This document shows, piece by piece, positions 1 through 8,827 of a stretch of 24,352 nucleotides of DNA. Positions within the stretch are counted from its first letter, which is position 1; each line of letters opens with the position of its first letter. Below the pieces are notes generated by a model. It made no database searches and was not told the DNA's origin. It saw nothing but the letters and a program-made list of their open reading frames with translations. Source of the stretch: Myxococcales bacterium (GTDB lineage Bacteria; Myxococcota_A; UBA9042); assembly GCA_037441385.1 (NCBI GenBank), contig JBBISH010000099.1:1-24352 (forward strand), read 5' to 3'. Position numbers and translations under genes: made by a program.

Positions 1-55
1 GAGCAGATGACTGTTAATCATCGGGTCCCGTGTTCAAGTCACGGCGTCGGAGCCA
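1..55 (+). tRNA. tRNA-Asn(GTT), 5' end truncated by the window edge
   Basis: Anticodon arm GATGA-CT-GTT-AA-TCATC, T arm CCGTG-TTCAAGT-CACGG, acceptor 3' strand CGTCGGA, discriminator G and encoded CCA at 53-55. Confidence 0.95.
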
Positions 56-84
56 AGTAAGTCCGCGAAAGCGGTAAAAAACGC

Positions 85-124
85 AAGGGCTTGCATCGAG
101 AGGTGCAGGCCCTTTGTGCTTTTT
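85..124 (+). terminator. Rho-independent terminator of tRNA-Asn
   Basis: Stem AAGGGCTTGCATC-GAGA-GGTGCAGGCCCTT (with G-U pairs) followed by TGTGCTTTTT. A small CCGC-GAAA-GCGG hairpin (63-74) lies just upstream. Confidence 0.85.
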
Positions 125-298
125 CACCCCGCAACCGCCGCACGCCCGGCAAGACCCAAGCCGGCTGGCCGGCCGCCGAGACCTTGCCCAGCCCAGCCCG
201 TGCCAGCCCGACTACCCGCCAGTCCGCGGGCCATGTACCATCGCAGCCCGGCGCGAGACTGCGCCAGCCTTGCTCTCTTTCACCCGCGAGCCCAGCCC

Positions 299-694
299 AT
301 GGCCACCCGCAAACCCCTGCCCGAGCCCGAGGCCGTGACGGCCTACATCGACGCCAGCGCCGAACCAGCCCGCAGCCGGCTGCAGACCCTGCGCGAGGTC
401 ATCCGCAGCGAGGCCCCCAACGCCATCGAGCGCATCGCCTACGGTCTGGCAACGTGGCATCAGGGCGAGAACCTGATTCATCTCGGGGCCTTTACCAATC
501 ACATTGGCATCTACCCTGGGGCGGCTGCCATGGTGGCGTTTGCCGGCGAGTTGACGGACTACGCCACCTCCAAGGGCACCATCCAAGTTCCGCACGACGC
601 GCCGCTGCCCACCGATCTGGTGCGGCAGTTGACACGCTGGCGCCTGGAGCAAGTCCGGACCAAGACCGCATCCCGCAAGGACAAAATCAAGTAG
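299..694 (+). CDS. DUF1801 (YdhG-like) domain protein, 131 aa
   Basis: Motifs VTAYID..., LREVIRSEAPNAIERIAYG, HIGIYP, SKGTIQVPHDAPLPTDLVRQL are typical of DUF1801. ATG 299 preferred over the Pro-rich upstream extension. Confidence 0.85.
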   Translation: MATRKPLPEPEAVTAYIDASAEPARSRLQTLREVIRSEAPNAIERIAYGLATWHQGENLIHLGAFTNHIGIYPGAAAMVAFAGELTDYATSKGTIQVPHDAPLPTDLVRQLTRWRLEQVRTKTASRKDKIK

Positions 695-732
695 ACTAGA
701 CGTACAGTTCAACGCAGATACGGAGCGATTGT

Positions 733-1341
733 ATGACCGACCTCTTCGCCGACAAGGCCGCTGACTGGGACAGCCGGCCTTTTCCGCTGCAAATCTCGGA
801 AGGCGTGGGCGCCGCGCTGCTGGCTCGGGTACCGCTGCACCGCGGGCTGACCGTGCTCGATTTTGGCGCCGGCACCGGGCTGCTGACCGGACGGGTGGCG
901 AGCCATGTGGCGGCCGTGGTAGCGGTCGATGTCTCGCCGGCCATGCTCGCCCAACTGATCGCCAAGCCCGAGCTGCAGGGCAAGGTCGAGCCGGTGTGCC
1001 AGGATCTCTTGGAAAAGCCGCTGGGGCGCCAGATGGACCTCATCGTCAGCGCTATGGCCATGCACCACGTGCGCGATACGGCGGCGCTCGCCCAGACTTT
1101 CTACGCTCACCTCCAGCCGGGTGGTCGGCTGGCTGTGGCAGACTTGGACCACGAAAATGGGGACTTCCACGCTCCCGGGACAGAGGGCGTGTTCCACCAC
1201 GGCTTTGACCGCGACGAGCTCGCGCACCTGCTGTGCACCGCCGGCTTTGCTGACGTTGCCATCGAGACGGCCTGCACGGTGGACAAAGAAGGCAAGCGCT
1301 ATCCGATCTTTCTGGCCACGGCGCAGCGGCCCGTCGCCTAG
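733..1341 (+). CDS. Class I SAM-dependent methyltransferase, 202 aa
   Basis: SAM motif I VLDFGAGTG, AVDVS..M, DLIVSAMAMHH, LQPGGRL; GGAG RBS upstream. Confidence 0.92.
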   Translation: MTDLFADKAADWDSRPFPLQISEGVGAALLARVPLHRGLTVLDFGAGTGLLTGRVASHVAAVVAVDVSPAMLAQLIAKPELQGKVEPVCQDLLEKPLGRQMDLIVSAMAMHHVRDTAALAQTFYAHLQPGGRLAVADLDHENGDFHAPGTEGVFHHGFDRDELAHLLCTAGFADVAIETACTVDKEGKRYPIFLATAQRPVA

Positions 1342-1347
1342 CCCGGC

Positions 1348-2247
1348 CTAGCCCAGGAAAGCACGCTCTAGCGCAGCCCAATCCAGCTTGCCCATCGGCA
1401 ACATCGCCGCAAAAACCCGTGCCGTCGCCTGCCGATCTGCGCCGCCCATCCACGCGGCCATCACCTCTGGCACCACCTGCCACGACAGGCCAAATCGGTC
1501 TTGGAGCCAGCCGCACGGACCCGGTTGACCGCCCTCGCTCAACTCGGCCCAAAGACGGTCGATCTCGGCCTGGTCCGTGCATGGGACCTGCAGCGACACG
1601 CCCTCGTCAAAGGCCAGGCCGTGGTCCACGTGCGCGTCCATCGCCACGAACTCTTGGCCCTGCAACACGAAACGCCCGTGTTTGACCGTGCCGACCGGTC
1701 CCTCGCCCTGCGCATAGAACTCCAGCCCCTGCACGCTGGATCCAGGAAAGACCCGCGTATACAACTGGATGGCCTGGGCCGCACGGCCATGCTGCGCGCC
1801 GGCAAACATCAAGCACGGCACGATGGTCGCCGGCCCAACGTTGCGGCGCCCGGCGATCAGCTGCCACGACACGCCGAAGCGGTCTTGCACCCACGCGTAC
1901 CGCGGGCTCCACGGGTAGGCGCCCAGGGGCATCAGCTCGTAGCCGCCGTCGCTCAAGGCGCCGTGCAACCGGTCCACCTCGTCGGCCGTGTCGGCGCGAA
2001 CGAAAAACGAAACCGTGGGGTTCGGTTTGAAGATCGGCCCGCCATTCAACAAGGTAAAGCGCTGCCCGGCCAGTTCGATCTCGGCGACGAGCACGCTGCC
2101 GGGCGGCCGGCCGCTGGGGTTGGCCAGGCCGGCGGGATACCGCGCGACAGCAAGCGCCCGAGCTGGTGAAAATACGCTGCAGTACCAGGCAGCTGCGGCT
2201 TCGGCCTGGTCGTCGAGCCAAATGCAGGGAACGATGGGCGCGGACAT
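1348..2247 (-). CDS. Two-domain VOC/PhnB-like protein (3-demethylubiquinone-9 3-methyltransferase family), 299 aa
   Basis: Two repeats beginning IVPCIW/IVPCLMF and ending WVQDRFGVSWQ / GWLQDRFGLSWQ; LNGGPIF motif. Confidence 0.9.
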   Translation of the reverse strand: MSAPIVPCIWLDDQAEAAAAWYCSVFSPARALAVARYPAGLANPSGRPPGSVLVAEIELAGQRFTLLNGGPIFKPNPTVSFFVRADTADEVDRLHGALSDGGYELMPLGAYPWSPRYAWVQDRFGVSWQLIAGRRNVGPATIVPCLMFAGAQHGRAAQAIQLYTRVFPGSSVQGLEFYAQGEGPVGTVKHGRFVLQGQEFVAMDAHVDHGLAFDEGVSLQVPCTDQAEIDRLWAELSEGGQPGPCGWLQDRFGLSWQVVPEVMAAWMGGADRQATARVFAAMLPMGKLDWAALERAFLG

Positions 2248-2365
2248 GGGCAACCTTGCTGGGAGGTGGGCCGCCAGCATGCCGTTTCTTTTCCGCACGT
2301 AAAGGGCGTTCGGCGTTGACGCGAGCGGGCGAAACGGCAAGGCTGCGCGCCGCAGAGGCTTTTCC

Positions 2366-2944
2366 ATGACCAAATCCAAGCAGAATGGCCGCGTACGCGT
2401 CTTCGTCGCCAGCAGTCTGGACGGCTTCATCGCCGGGCCAAACGATGACCTCTCGTGGCTGCCCGAGCCCGCGGACAGCGACCACGGCTACGCGGCGTTC
2501 ATGGCGCAGGTGGGCGCGTTGCTGATGGGCCGGCGCACCTTGGAAGTGGTGGTAGGCTTTGGCGTTCCTTGGCCCTACGGCGAGCGCAGCGTGCTGGTTG
2601 CGACCCACCGGCCCTTGCCGGCCCTGCCGCCGACGGTGCAAGCCGCGGGCGGGCCCATCGACGAACTGCTCGACACGGCGCTGCAATTGGCCGGCGGCAA
2701 AGACGTGTACCTGGACGGGGGCGAGTTGATTCGCGCCGCGCTGGACGCAGGGCGCATCGACGAGTTCATCATTACGCTGATTCCATCTGTACTTGGCGCC
2801 GGCATCCCGCTTTTTGCCGGCGCTCACCAACGCCACGCTCTGCAACTGCAAAAAGCAGAGCCGCTGCCGGGCGGGCTGCTACAGCTGACCCTGACGCCGC
2901 AGCCGGCGCCAGTGCGGCAAACCATTCGCAAGGGCCAACCCTGA
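2366..2944 (+). CDS. Dihydrofolate reductase-like (RibD C-terminal domain) protein, 192 aa
   Basis: VASSLDGFIA, LLMGRRT, VYLDGG, IDEFIITLIPSVLGAGIPLF motifs. Confidence 0.92.
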   Translation: MTKSKQNGRVRVFVASSLDGFIAGPNDDLSWLPEPADSDHGYAAFMAQVGALLMGRRTLEVVVGFGVPWPYGERSVLVATHRPLPALPPTVQAAGGPIDELLDTALQLAGGKDVYLDGGELIRAALDAGRIDEFIITLIPSVLGAGIPLFAGAHQRHALQLQKAEPLPGGLLQLTLTPQPAPVRQTIRKGQP

Positions 2945-3017
2945 AGGCACTGCGGGTTTGTGGTACAAGTTTCCTGCTCGACCTGGGCCCATCGCCCACA
3001 CTTACCCAAGGAAAATC

Positions 3018-3614
3018 ATGGCTTCCCTCCTGACCGACGACGACTGGAACCTGCTCTTGACCGATGCCCACACCCATCACGGCTGGACGGACCGGCCCGT
3101 GGAGCGCGCAACCCTAGAAAAACTCTACCAGTTGCTGCGGATGGCGCCCACGGCGATGAATTGTCAGCCGTTGCGCGTGGTCTTTGTCCAGAGCGCCGAG
3201 GCCAAGGCGCGCTTGCGGCCCAGTCTCGAGGCCGGCAACGTCGACAAGACCATGGCCGCGCCCGTGACGGCCATCGTGGCGTGCGACACCCAGTTCTACG
3301 CGCACATGGACCGCTTGGCCCCGCACATCGCTGGGATCGGCGCCCGGATGGCCGCGATGCCCGAAGCTGGCCGCGACAGCCTGATCCGCAACAACGCCAC
3401 CCTGCAGACCGGCTACCTGATCCTGACGGCGCGCGGCCTGGGCTTGGACTGTGGACCAATGGGCGGGTTTGACCGCGCCAAGGTCGACGCGGAATTCTTT
3501 GCCGATGGCCGCTACAAGTCGCTGCTGTTGGTGAACTTGGGCTACGGCGACCCGAGCAAGCTGCGCCCGCGCGCGCCGCGCTTGGACTTCGACGAGGCCT
3601 GCCGCGTCGAATAG
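3018..3614 (+). CDS. rutE: RutE/YcdI-like nitroreductase (putative malonic semialdehyde reductase), 198 aa
   Basis: MAPTAMNCQPLRVVFV, GNVDKTMAAPVTAIVA, LGLDCGPMGGFD, LVNLGYGD, PRAPRLDFDEAC; AAGGA RBS before ATG 3018. No other rut genes are nearby, so the substrate is uncertain. Confidence 0.8.
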   Translation: MASLLTDDDWNLLLTDAHTHHGWTDRPVERATLEKLYQLLRMAPTAMNCQPLRVVFVQSAEAKARLRPSLEAGNVDKTMAAPVTAIVACDTQFYAHMDRLAPHIAGIGARMAAMPEAGRDSLIRNNATLQTGYLILTARGLGLDCGPMGGFDRAKVDAEFFADGRYKSLLLVNLGYGDPSKLRPRAPRLDFDEACRVE

Positions 3615-3707
3615 CCCGGCAGTCGCCTTGGCCTTGCCGCGCTGCCGCGCTGACCTATCTTGGCCAACCCGCCGGGCGTCGGCGGTGCCCTGTGCCGGAG
3701 CCCACCG

Positions 3708-4952
3708 ATGACTCAGCCCGCCGACCTGCTGCGCCAGCCGCTCAAGCTGCGCTGCGGGGCTACCCTGCCCAATCGCCTGGTCAAGTCCGCGATGAGCGAA
3801 GCCCTGGGCACCAAGGATCAGCGAGCTACGTCCGAGCTCGTGAGGCTGTATGGCCGCTGGGCCGACGGCGGCATTGGCCTGTCCATCACCGGCAACGTCA
3901 TGGTCGACCGCCGCGCCCTGGGCGAGCCAGGCAACGTAGCCCTAGAAGATGACAGGGATCTCGAGGTCCTGCGCCAGTGGGCGGCGGCGGCCAAGCGCCA
4001 GGGCGGCGCCGTGTGGATGCAGCTCAACCACCCGGGCAAGCAAGCGCCCAAGGGCCTGAATCGCGAAACAGTGGCGCCCTCCGCCGTGCCGTTTGGGCCG
4101 GCCCTCGCTCCGTACTTCGCCACGCCGCGCGAGCTAACTGAGCAAGAAATCCTTGATATTGTGAATCGTTTTGGCCGAGCCGCCGGGCTGGCCGAACAGG
4201 CCGGGTTCGACGGCGTGCAAATCCATGGCGCTCACGGATACCTGGTGGGGCAGTTCCTGTCGCCGCGCCACAACACCCGCGAAGACGCCTGGGGCGGCGA
4301 CGCCGAGCGCCGGCGCAAGTTCGTCTTGGCGGTGTACCAGGCTATACGGGCCGCCACCAAGCCGGGATTTGCGGTGGGCATCAAGCTAAATTCCGCCGAC
4401 TTCCAGCGCGGCGGCTTCACCGAAGACGAGTCGCTGTCCGTCATGCAGGCCCTCGACGAGGCCGGGATCGACCTGCTGGAAATTTCGGGCGGCACCTACG
4501 AGGCCCCCAAGATGTCGACCGGCGTGGAGCAAAAAGGCAGCAGCAAGGCCCGCGAGGCGTACTTCCTGGAGTTCGCCGAAAAGGCCAGGAAGGTCGTACA
4601 AGCGCCGCTGCTGGTGACCGGTGGCTTCCGCACGCTGCCGGGGATGGCCGACGCGCTGGCTTCGGGGGCGCTGGACTGCGTCGGCGTGGCGCGGCCGCTC
4701 GCCTTGGAACCCGATGCTCCCAAACGGTGGCTGCAAGGCCTTGAGTCGCAAGTCAGCACTCCGCCGCGGATCAAGACGGGGATTGCCGCGATCGACGCGG
4801 TGGCCCTGATGGAAATCGCCTTCTATGCCCGCCAGCTGCGCAAGATGGGCAAGGGCCAAGAGCCCACGCCCAACGAGTCGCCCCTCAAGGCGGCCATGAG
4901 CGCCGTGATCGGCAGCGGCTGGAAGGGCTTGACCCACAAGCTGCGCGCCTAA
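3708..4952 (+). CDS. NADH:flavin oxidoreductase / Old Yellow Enzyme family, 414 aa
   Basis: PNRLVKSAMSE, WMQLNHPG, AGFDGVQIHGAHGYL, FLSP..N.R.D.WGG, EISGGTYE, LVTGGFR; GGAG RBS. Confidence 0.93.
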   Translation: MTQPADLLRQPLKLRCGATLPNRLVKSAMSEALGTKDQRATSELVRLYGRWADGGIGLSITGNVMVDRRALGEPGNVALEDDRDLEVLRQWAAAAKRQGGAVWMQLNHPGKQAPKGLNRETVAPSAVPFGPALAPYFATPRELTEQEILDIVNRFGRAAGLAEQAGFDGVQIHGAHGYLVGQFLSPRHNTREDAWGGDAERRRKFVLAVYQAIRAATKPGFAVGIKLNSADFQRGGFTEDESLSVMQALDEAGIDLLEISGGTYEAPKMSTGVEQKGSSKAREAYFLEFAEKARKVVQAPLLVTGGFRTLPGMADALASGALDCVGVARPLALEPDAPKRWLQGLESQVSTPPRIKTGIAAIDAVALMEIAFYARQLRKMGKGQEPTPNESPLKAAMSAVIGSGWKGLTHKLRA

Positions 4953-4959
4953 CCAACAA

Positions 4960-6288
4960 CTACGGCGCGCGCATCCGCAATGGGTAATGGACTTGCGTCG
5001 GTTGTCCGTCGCGCGAGGTGGGAAACCGCAGCTCCTTGGCCGCGGCGGCGATGCAGTCCTCCACGGCGTCGTCGCCCAGATCGCTGTCCTCGATCCGGCT
5101 CGACAGCACTTGGCCTTGCGGGGCGATCACCAACGCCAACACTAGCCGGCCCTGCAGATCCGGTTTGCGCTGAACGCCAATCTGGTAGCAGTGCTTGAAG
5201 GCGCCGTGGTGCTCGCGTAGCAGGCCGCGGACCTCGGCCGCGCTCAAGCCTTGCGCCGAAACCTTGGGCTGCTGCGGCGGAATCACCATCTGTTTTGGCA
5301 CCTTGACCTGCAGGGTCACGGTCCTGGTCTCGATCCGCGCGGGACCTGGGCGCGCCAGCTGCTCCAGGTCATCGCCGTGGCCAAACGGCCCGCTGGGACC
5401 ACCGCCAGGGTTGTCCGGCACGTCGGGCAGTGCAGACGCCGGAGCATCGCCCGGTCGCCCGGCCAAGTCTAGCTTGCCGCCGTCTTCGGCTGGCAGCGGC
5501 GGTACCAACCGGTCGACGATCTCGTTGGCCGTCCGCCTCACATCGACCTTGGTCGGCTCGGCGGGGTTTGGCGGGCGCGGCGCGGGCTGGTGCACGGTGG
5601 GCCGCGAAGGGGCCAAGGGCGGCGCCAGCGGGGGCGCCAGGTCAGACGCAGGACCGTCCTGGGGTTGCGCGGCCTCGACTTCAACCGCGACCGGCTCCGC
5701 AGGCACCACCACTTCCACGTAATCGATGTCGCGCGGCGGCACGGATTCGCGGACCGGATCGCGCCACTGGACGCGGTCGCCCGGCATCGCCAGCCCGACC
5801 AACAGCGGCCCTACGGTCGACGCCGTGGCCACCACCAGCGACACCGCCAGCGGCACGGCGTGGCGCCAGTTCAGGACCTCGTGGCCTTGGACCGGCACGT
5901 CAACGGCAGTGATTTCAAAGCAGAACGTGCCCCAACAGACCTCGGCTTTGGCGCCCGCGCCCAGGCGCACCACGGGGGCGTGGGCCAGCGGCGCGAGAAC
6001 ACGCCGCAACTCTTCAAAACTGCGACGAATCCCATCCAGTTCCAGCCAGCCGTCGCCCGCGTCCAAGCGCAGGCCAAAACCGCCCTGGAACGGCTCGAGG
6101 AGCGCTACCGCACCTGCGGGCCCCGCCGCCGGCAGCACAAAAGTACCGCTGGGCCCCAGCGTGACCCGAGTTGGCTGGGCGAAGCTCCGCTCGTCGAGCA
6201 GATCTCCGCCCCACACCTGCTGAACTTGGATTCCGCGAGCCGGCAGGGCCGCGGGCTGGAACAAGGTGGCGTGGCGTGCGGTCAGCAT
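4960..6288 (-). CDS. AgmX/PglI (GltG-like, TonB_C-type) C-terminal domain membrane protein, 442 aa
   Basis: N-terminal beta-rich region (VWGGDLLD..VTLG), one hydrophobic segment, Pro-rich linker, C-terminal FKHCYQ..PDLQGRL..VEDCI..LRFP..VHYP; GGAGGG RBS upstream of the ATG at 6288. Confidence 0.8.
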   Translation of the reverse strand: MLTARHATLFQPAALPARGIQVQQVWGGDLLDERSFAQPTRVTLGPSGTFVLPAAGPAGAVALLEPFQGGFGLRLDAGDGWLELDGIRRSFEELRRVLAPLAHAPVVRLGAGAKAEVCWGTFCFEITAVDVPVQGHEVLNWRHAVPLAVSLVVATASTVGPLLVGLAMPGDRVQWRDPVRESVPPRDIDYVEVVVPAEPVAVEVEAAQPQDGPASDLAPPLAPPLAPSRPTVHQPAPRPPNPAEPTKVDVRRTANEIVDRLVPPLPAEDGGKLDLAGRPGDAPASALPDVPDNPGGGPSGPFGHGDDLEQLARPGPARIETRTVTLQVKVPKQMVIPPQQPKVSAQGLSAAEVRGLLREHHGAFKHCYQIGVQRKPDLQGRLVLALVIAPQGQVLSSRIEDSDLGDDAVEDCIAAAAKELRFPTSRDGQPTQVHYPLRMRAP

Positions 6289-6464
6289 GGCTCCCTCCAC
6301 GGGGGACACAAGATGGTGGGCAACGGGCAAGGTTGACCCACGACCTTGGACGCGCCGACTACCCGCAGGATCTGGCGATAGGCAGGATTTTCTCGCGCCG
6401 AACCCAAGCCCGCTCGCCAGGCTCGCACCGCCCACACCGGCCAACGCGCCGGTCTGGACGGCCA

Positions 6465-6734
6465 ATGGGACTCTGGGGCTGGACCGGTGCGCTGCTGACC
6501 TGGCTGGCGCTGCAACTATGGATTCTGCCTAAATTGGGCGTGGCGACCTGCGCCGTGCCGCGTCAGCCGAGCTACCCGCCGTTGCCCGAGCGCGAGCCGC
6601 CGGCCGCCGACATTCCGCTGGCCGAGTTTGCGGCCACGCCGCCCCCGCGCAAACCGTGGCCGCGGCCTCTGCGCGCCGAGTACCGCCAGGCCAACTCGCC
6701 GCGGCGGACGTTGCGCCGGCTGCGCGAGACCTGA
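6465..6734 (+). CDS. Small hypothetical membrane protein, 89 aa
   Basis: Hydrophobic N-terminus MGLWGWTGALLTWLALQLWILPKLGVATC; fills the gap between two minus-strand genes. The C-terminus is Pro/Arg-rich and the RBS is weak. Confidence 0.5.
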   Translation: MGLWGWTGALLTWLALQLWILPKLGVATCAVPRQPSYPPLPEREPPAADIPLAEFAATPPPRKPWPRPLRAEYRQANSPRRTLRRLRET

Positions 6735-6788
6735 TCCCAAGGCAATTCAACGAAATCAGCCGGCCTAGCTCGTCGCTGTGCGGCCTGG

Positions 6789-8627
6789 CTACTGCCACTT
6801 CATGCCGGCAAGCTTGGCCCCCACTGCGGAAAATCGAATGCCCACGCTCGCTGCTTCGTTGTCGCCGTCGCCGTCCAAGTCCTGATCAAGCTTGAGCACT
6901 TTCTTGACCAGCTCGATGACTTGGTCCTTGGTCAGGCCGATCGCACCAAAAGCCCCGTCGCCGCTGGCCGCGATGACGTCTTGCAGGTTCGACATCGGGA
7001 TCGCGCCGCCCAACACGCCTTGCATGGCCTGAATCGACACGCCGTCGCTGGCAAACGTCACCGTACCCTCGATGCGCGCTCCCTTGACATAGATCAGGGC
7101 TTCGTTGGCGCCGTTGAGTTCGCCCTGCATCGCGAACAGCGTGTCCTTGGTGCCGGCGGTCAGCTTGCCACCTTGAATCTTGGCGTCTTTGAACGAGAAT
7201 TTGGGCTGACACGTCGCCGTCATCGCGCCCTGCTCTACGTACCATTCGCACACGTCGGCTTGGGGCTGGCAGCCGGCCGCAGCGCTGGCAGGAGTCAGTT
7301 GGGCGGCATACAAATTCAGGACAAAGGGAATGTTTTCGCCTTTGTACCCTTGCAGTTCGGCCACGAAGGTCAGGGTGCCGTCTTGGATGCCGGCGATGAG
7401 GCCCTTGTTGATGAACGCGCCCAGTACGGCAGCCGAATTGTCGATGCCGCCCGAGCAGTTGCCGGCTGGTGCGCACGTCTTGATGTCGCCGTCCACGTCG
7501 AAGCCCTCGCCCGGATTGCCGCTGGCGCCGATCTGGAACTGGATCATCTTGCCGGCCGATTTTTCAAAGGTATTTGTACACTTGGGGCACCAACCCGTCT
7601 TGAGGCCAATGCACTCGCCGCCCACGCAGGTGTCGCTGTCGGTGCAAGACTCGCCGTCGTCGCAGGGGGTCTGCGCCAGTACGTGGACGCAGCCCTTGAA
7701 GGGCTTGCAACTGTCTTGAGTGCAAGGGTTCTTGTCGTCGCAGGCCAGCGGCCCGCCGCCTTGGCACAACAGGTCCAGCGTGCACACCTGGCCCGTCAGG
7801 CAGGGATCGCCGGTGGTGCAGGAATCGCCAGGTTTCTTGTCAGGATGCGTGCACTTGCCCTTGTCGCACAGGTCTTGGGTGCAAGGCTTGCTGTCGTCGC
7901 AGACCTTGGGGTCGGGCACCGCGGTGCAACCGGTGGCCTTGTCGCAGCCATCCAAGGTGCACGGGTCCTTGTCGTCGCACACGGTGGCGGTGGCGCCGTG
8001 GCACAGGTTGGCCGCGCAGAAGTCGCCCGTGCTGCACGGGTTGCCGTCGTCGCAGGGCCCCGTGCCGGCGCTGTACTGGCAGCCCAGTTTCGCGTCGCAG
8101 ACGTCGACTGTGCACGGATTGCCGTCGTCGCACGACACCTTCTTGCCTGTGCAGTTGCCTTCGCTGCAGGCGTCGCCGGTGGTGCAGACGGTGTTGTCGT
8201 CGCAGGCGGTGACCGCTACGGACCAGTCGACCGCCGTCAGCGTGGGGCTGCACGCCAGGCAGACGTTGCCGGGCGCCGTGGCCCCGGCCGCGACGCACGC
8301 GCCCGCCACCGCGCACTGGCCATTTGCGACCTTGCTGACCACGCAACCCTTGCCCTTGTCACAGGTTTGCTCCGTGCAGGCCAGGCCGTCGTCGCACACA
8401 AGGGCGGTGCCCACGCACACTCCGCCCGCGCAGTGGTCGCCCTGCGTGCACGCATCGCCGTCGTCGCAGGTCGTGGCCGCGCCGCTGCATGGCCCGCCAT
8501 CACTGCCGACATCGACCGCCGCGTCGGCTTTGGCGCTCGCGGTCGTCGACTCGCTGGAGCACGCGAGCGCCGCCAGGCAGGCCCCCACGGCGCCCCACAC
8601 CAACCAACCCTTTCTACTGCCTTGCAT
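6789..8627 (-). CDS. Cys-rich repeat lipoprotein (CDDGNPCT repeats), 612 aa
   Basis: GGAGG RBS, lipobox-like ALAC, about 10 CDDxxxCTxxxC repeats, C-terminal globular domain with DVDGD and DLDGDGD Ca-binding-like motifs. Confidence 0.85.
   Translation of the reverse strand: MQGSRKGWLVWGAVGACLAALACSSESTTASAKADAAVDVGSDGGPCSGAATTCDDGDACTQGDHCAGGVCVGTALVCDDGLACTEQTCDKGKGCVVSKVANGQCAVAGACVAAGATAPGNVCLACSPTLTAVDWSVAVTACDDNTVCTTGDACSEGNCTGKKVSCDDGNPCTVDVCDAKLGCQYSAGTGPCDDGNPCSTGDFCAANLCHGATATVCDDKDPCTLDGCDKATGCTAVPDPKVCDDSKPCTQDLCDKGKCTHPDKKPGDSCTTGDPCLTGQVCTLDLLCQGGGPLACDDKNPCTQDSCKPFKGCVHVLAQTPCDDGESCTDSDTCVGGECIGLKTGWCPKCTNTFEKSAGKMIQFQIGASGNPGEGFDVDGDIKTCAPAGNCSGGIDNSAAVLGAFINKGLIAGIQDGTLTFVAELQGYKGENIPFVLNLYAAQLTPASAAAGCQPQADVCEWYVEQGAMTATCQPKFSFKDAKIQGGKLTAGTKDTLFAMQGELNGANEALIYVKGARIEGTVTFASDGVSIQAMQGVLGGAIPMSNLQDVIAASGDGAFGAIGLTKDQVIELVKKVLKLDQDLDGDGDNEAASVGIRFSAVGAKLAGMKWQ
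7611..8468 (-). repeat. Intragenic Cys-rich tandem repeats, about 10 units
   Basis: Recurrent GTCGTCGCA on the + strand, encoding CDDGDACTQGDHC, CDDGLACT, CDDNTVCT, CDDGNPCT, CDDGNPCS, CDDKDPCT, CDDSKPCT, CTTGDPCL, CDDKNPCT, CDDGESCT. Confidence 0.85.
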
Positions 8628-8827
8628 TGCTGCCTCCCCGGTCGTGCCGCCAAGCCGTTGCCAACCGAGCATAGACCAGCCCATGGCCGCGGCCAAGCAC
8701 GGATGGGTGGCAAAGTGACGGCCAAATCCGTGTGGACAATTCGCCGCCTCTGCGGCATGGTGTGCGCCAGGCGGGCGGTTGCGACGCCTTGCCCTAGCCG
8801 CCCATTCCCGGCGAGGCATTGGCCCCT

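Noticed and set aside
56..124. CCGC-GAAA-GCGG hairpin followed by ACGCAA, superficially like a c-di-GMP-I riboswitch
   Set aside because: It lacks the GGCAAA/GACGCAAAGC register and a proper second arm; better explained as tRNA trailer plus terminator.
125..298. Recurring CAGCCC(G) words in the spacer after tRNA-Asn
   Set aside because: Irregular spacing and short length; low-complexity C-rich DNA, not a CRISPR or iteron array.
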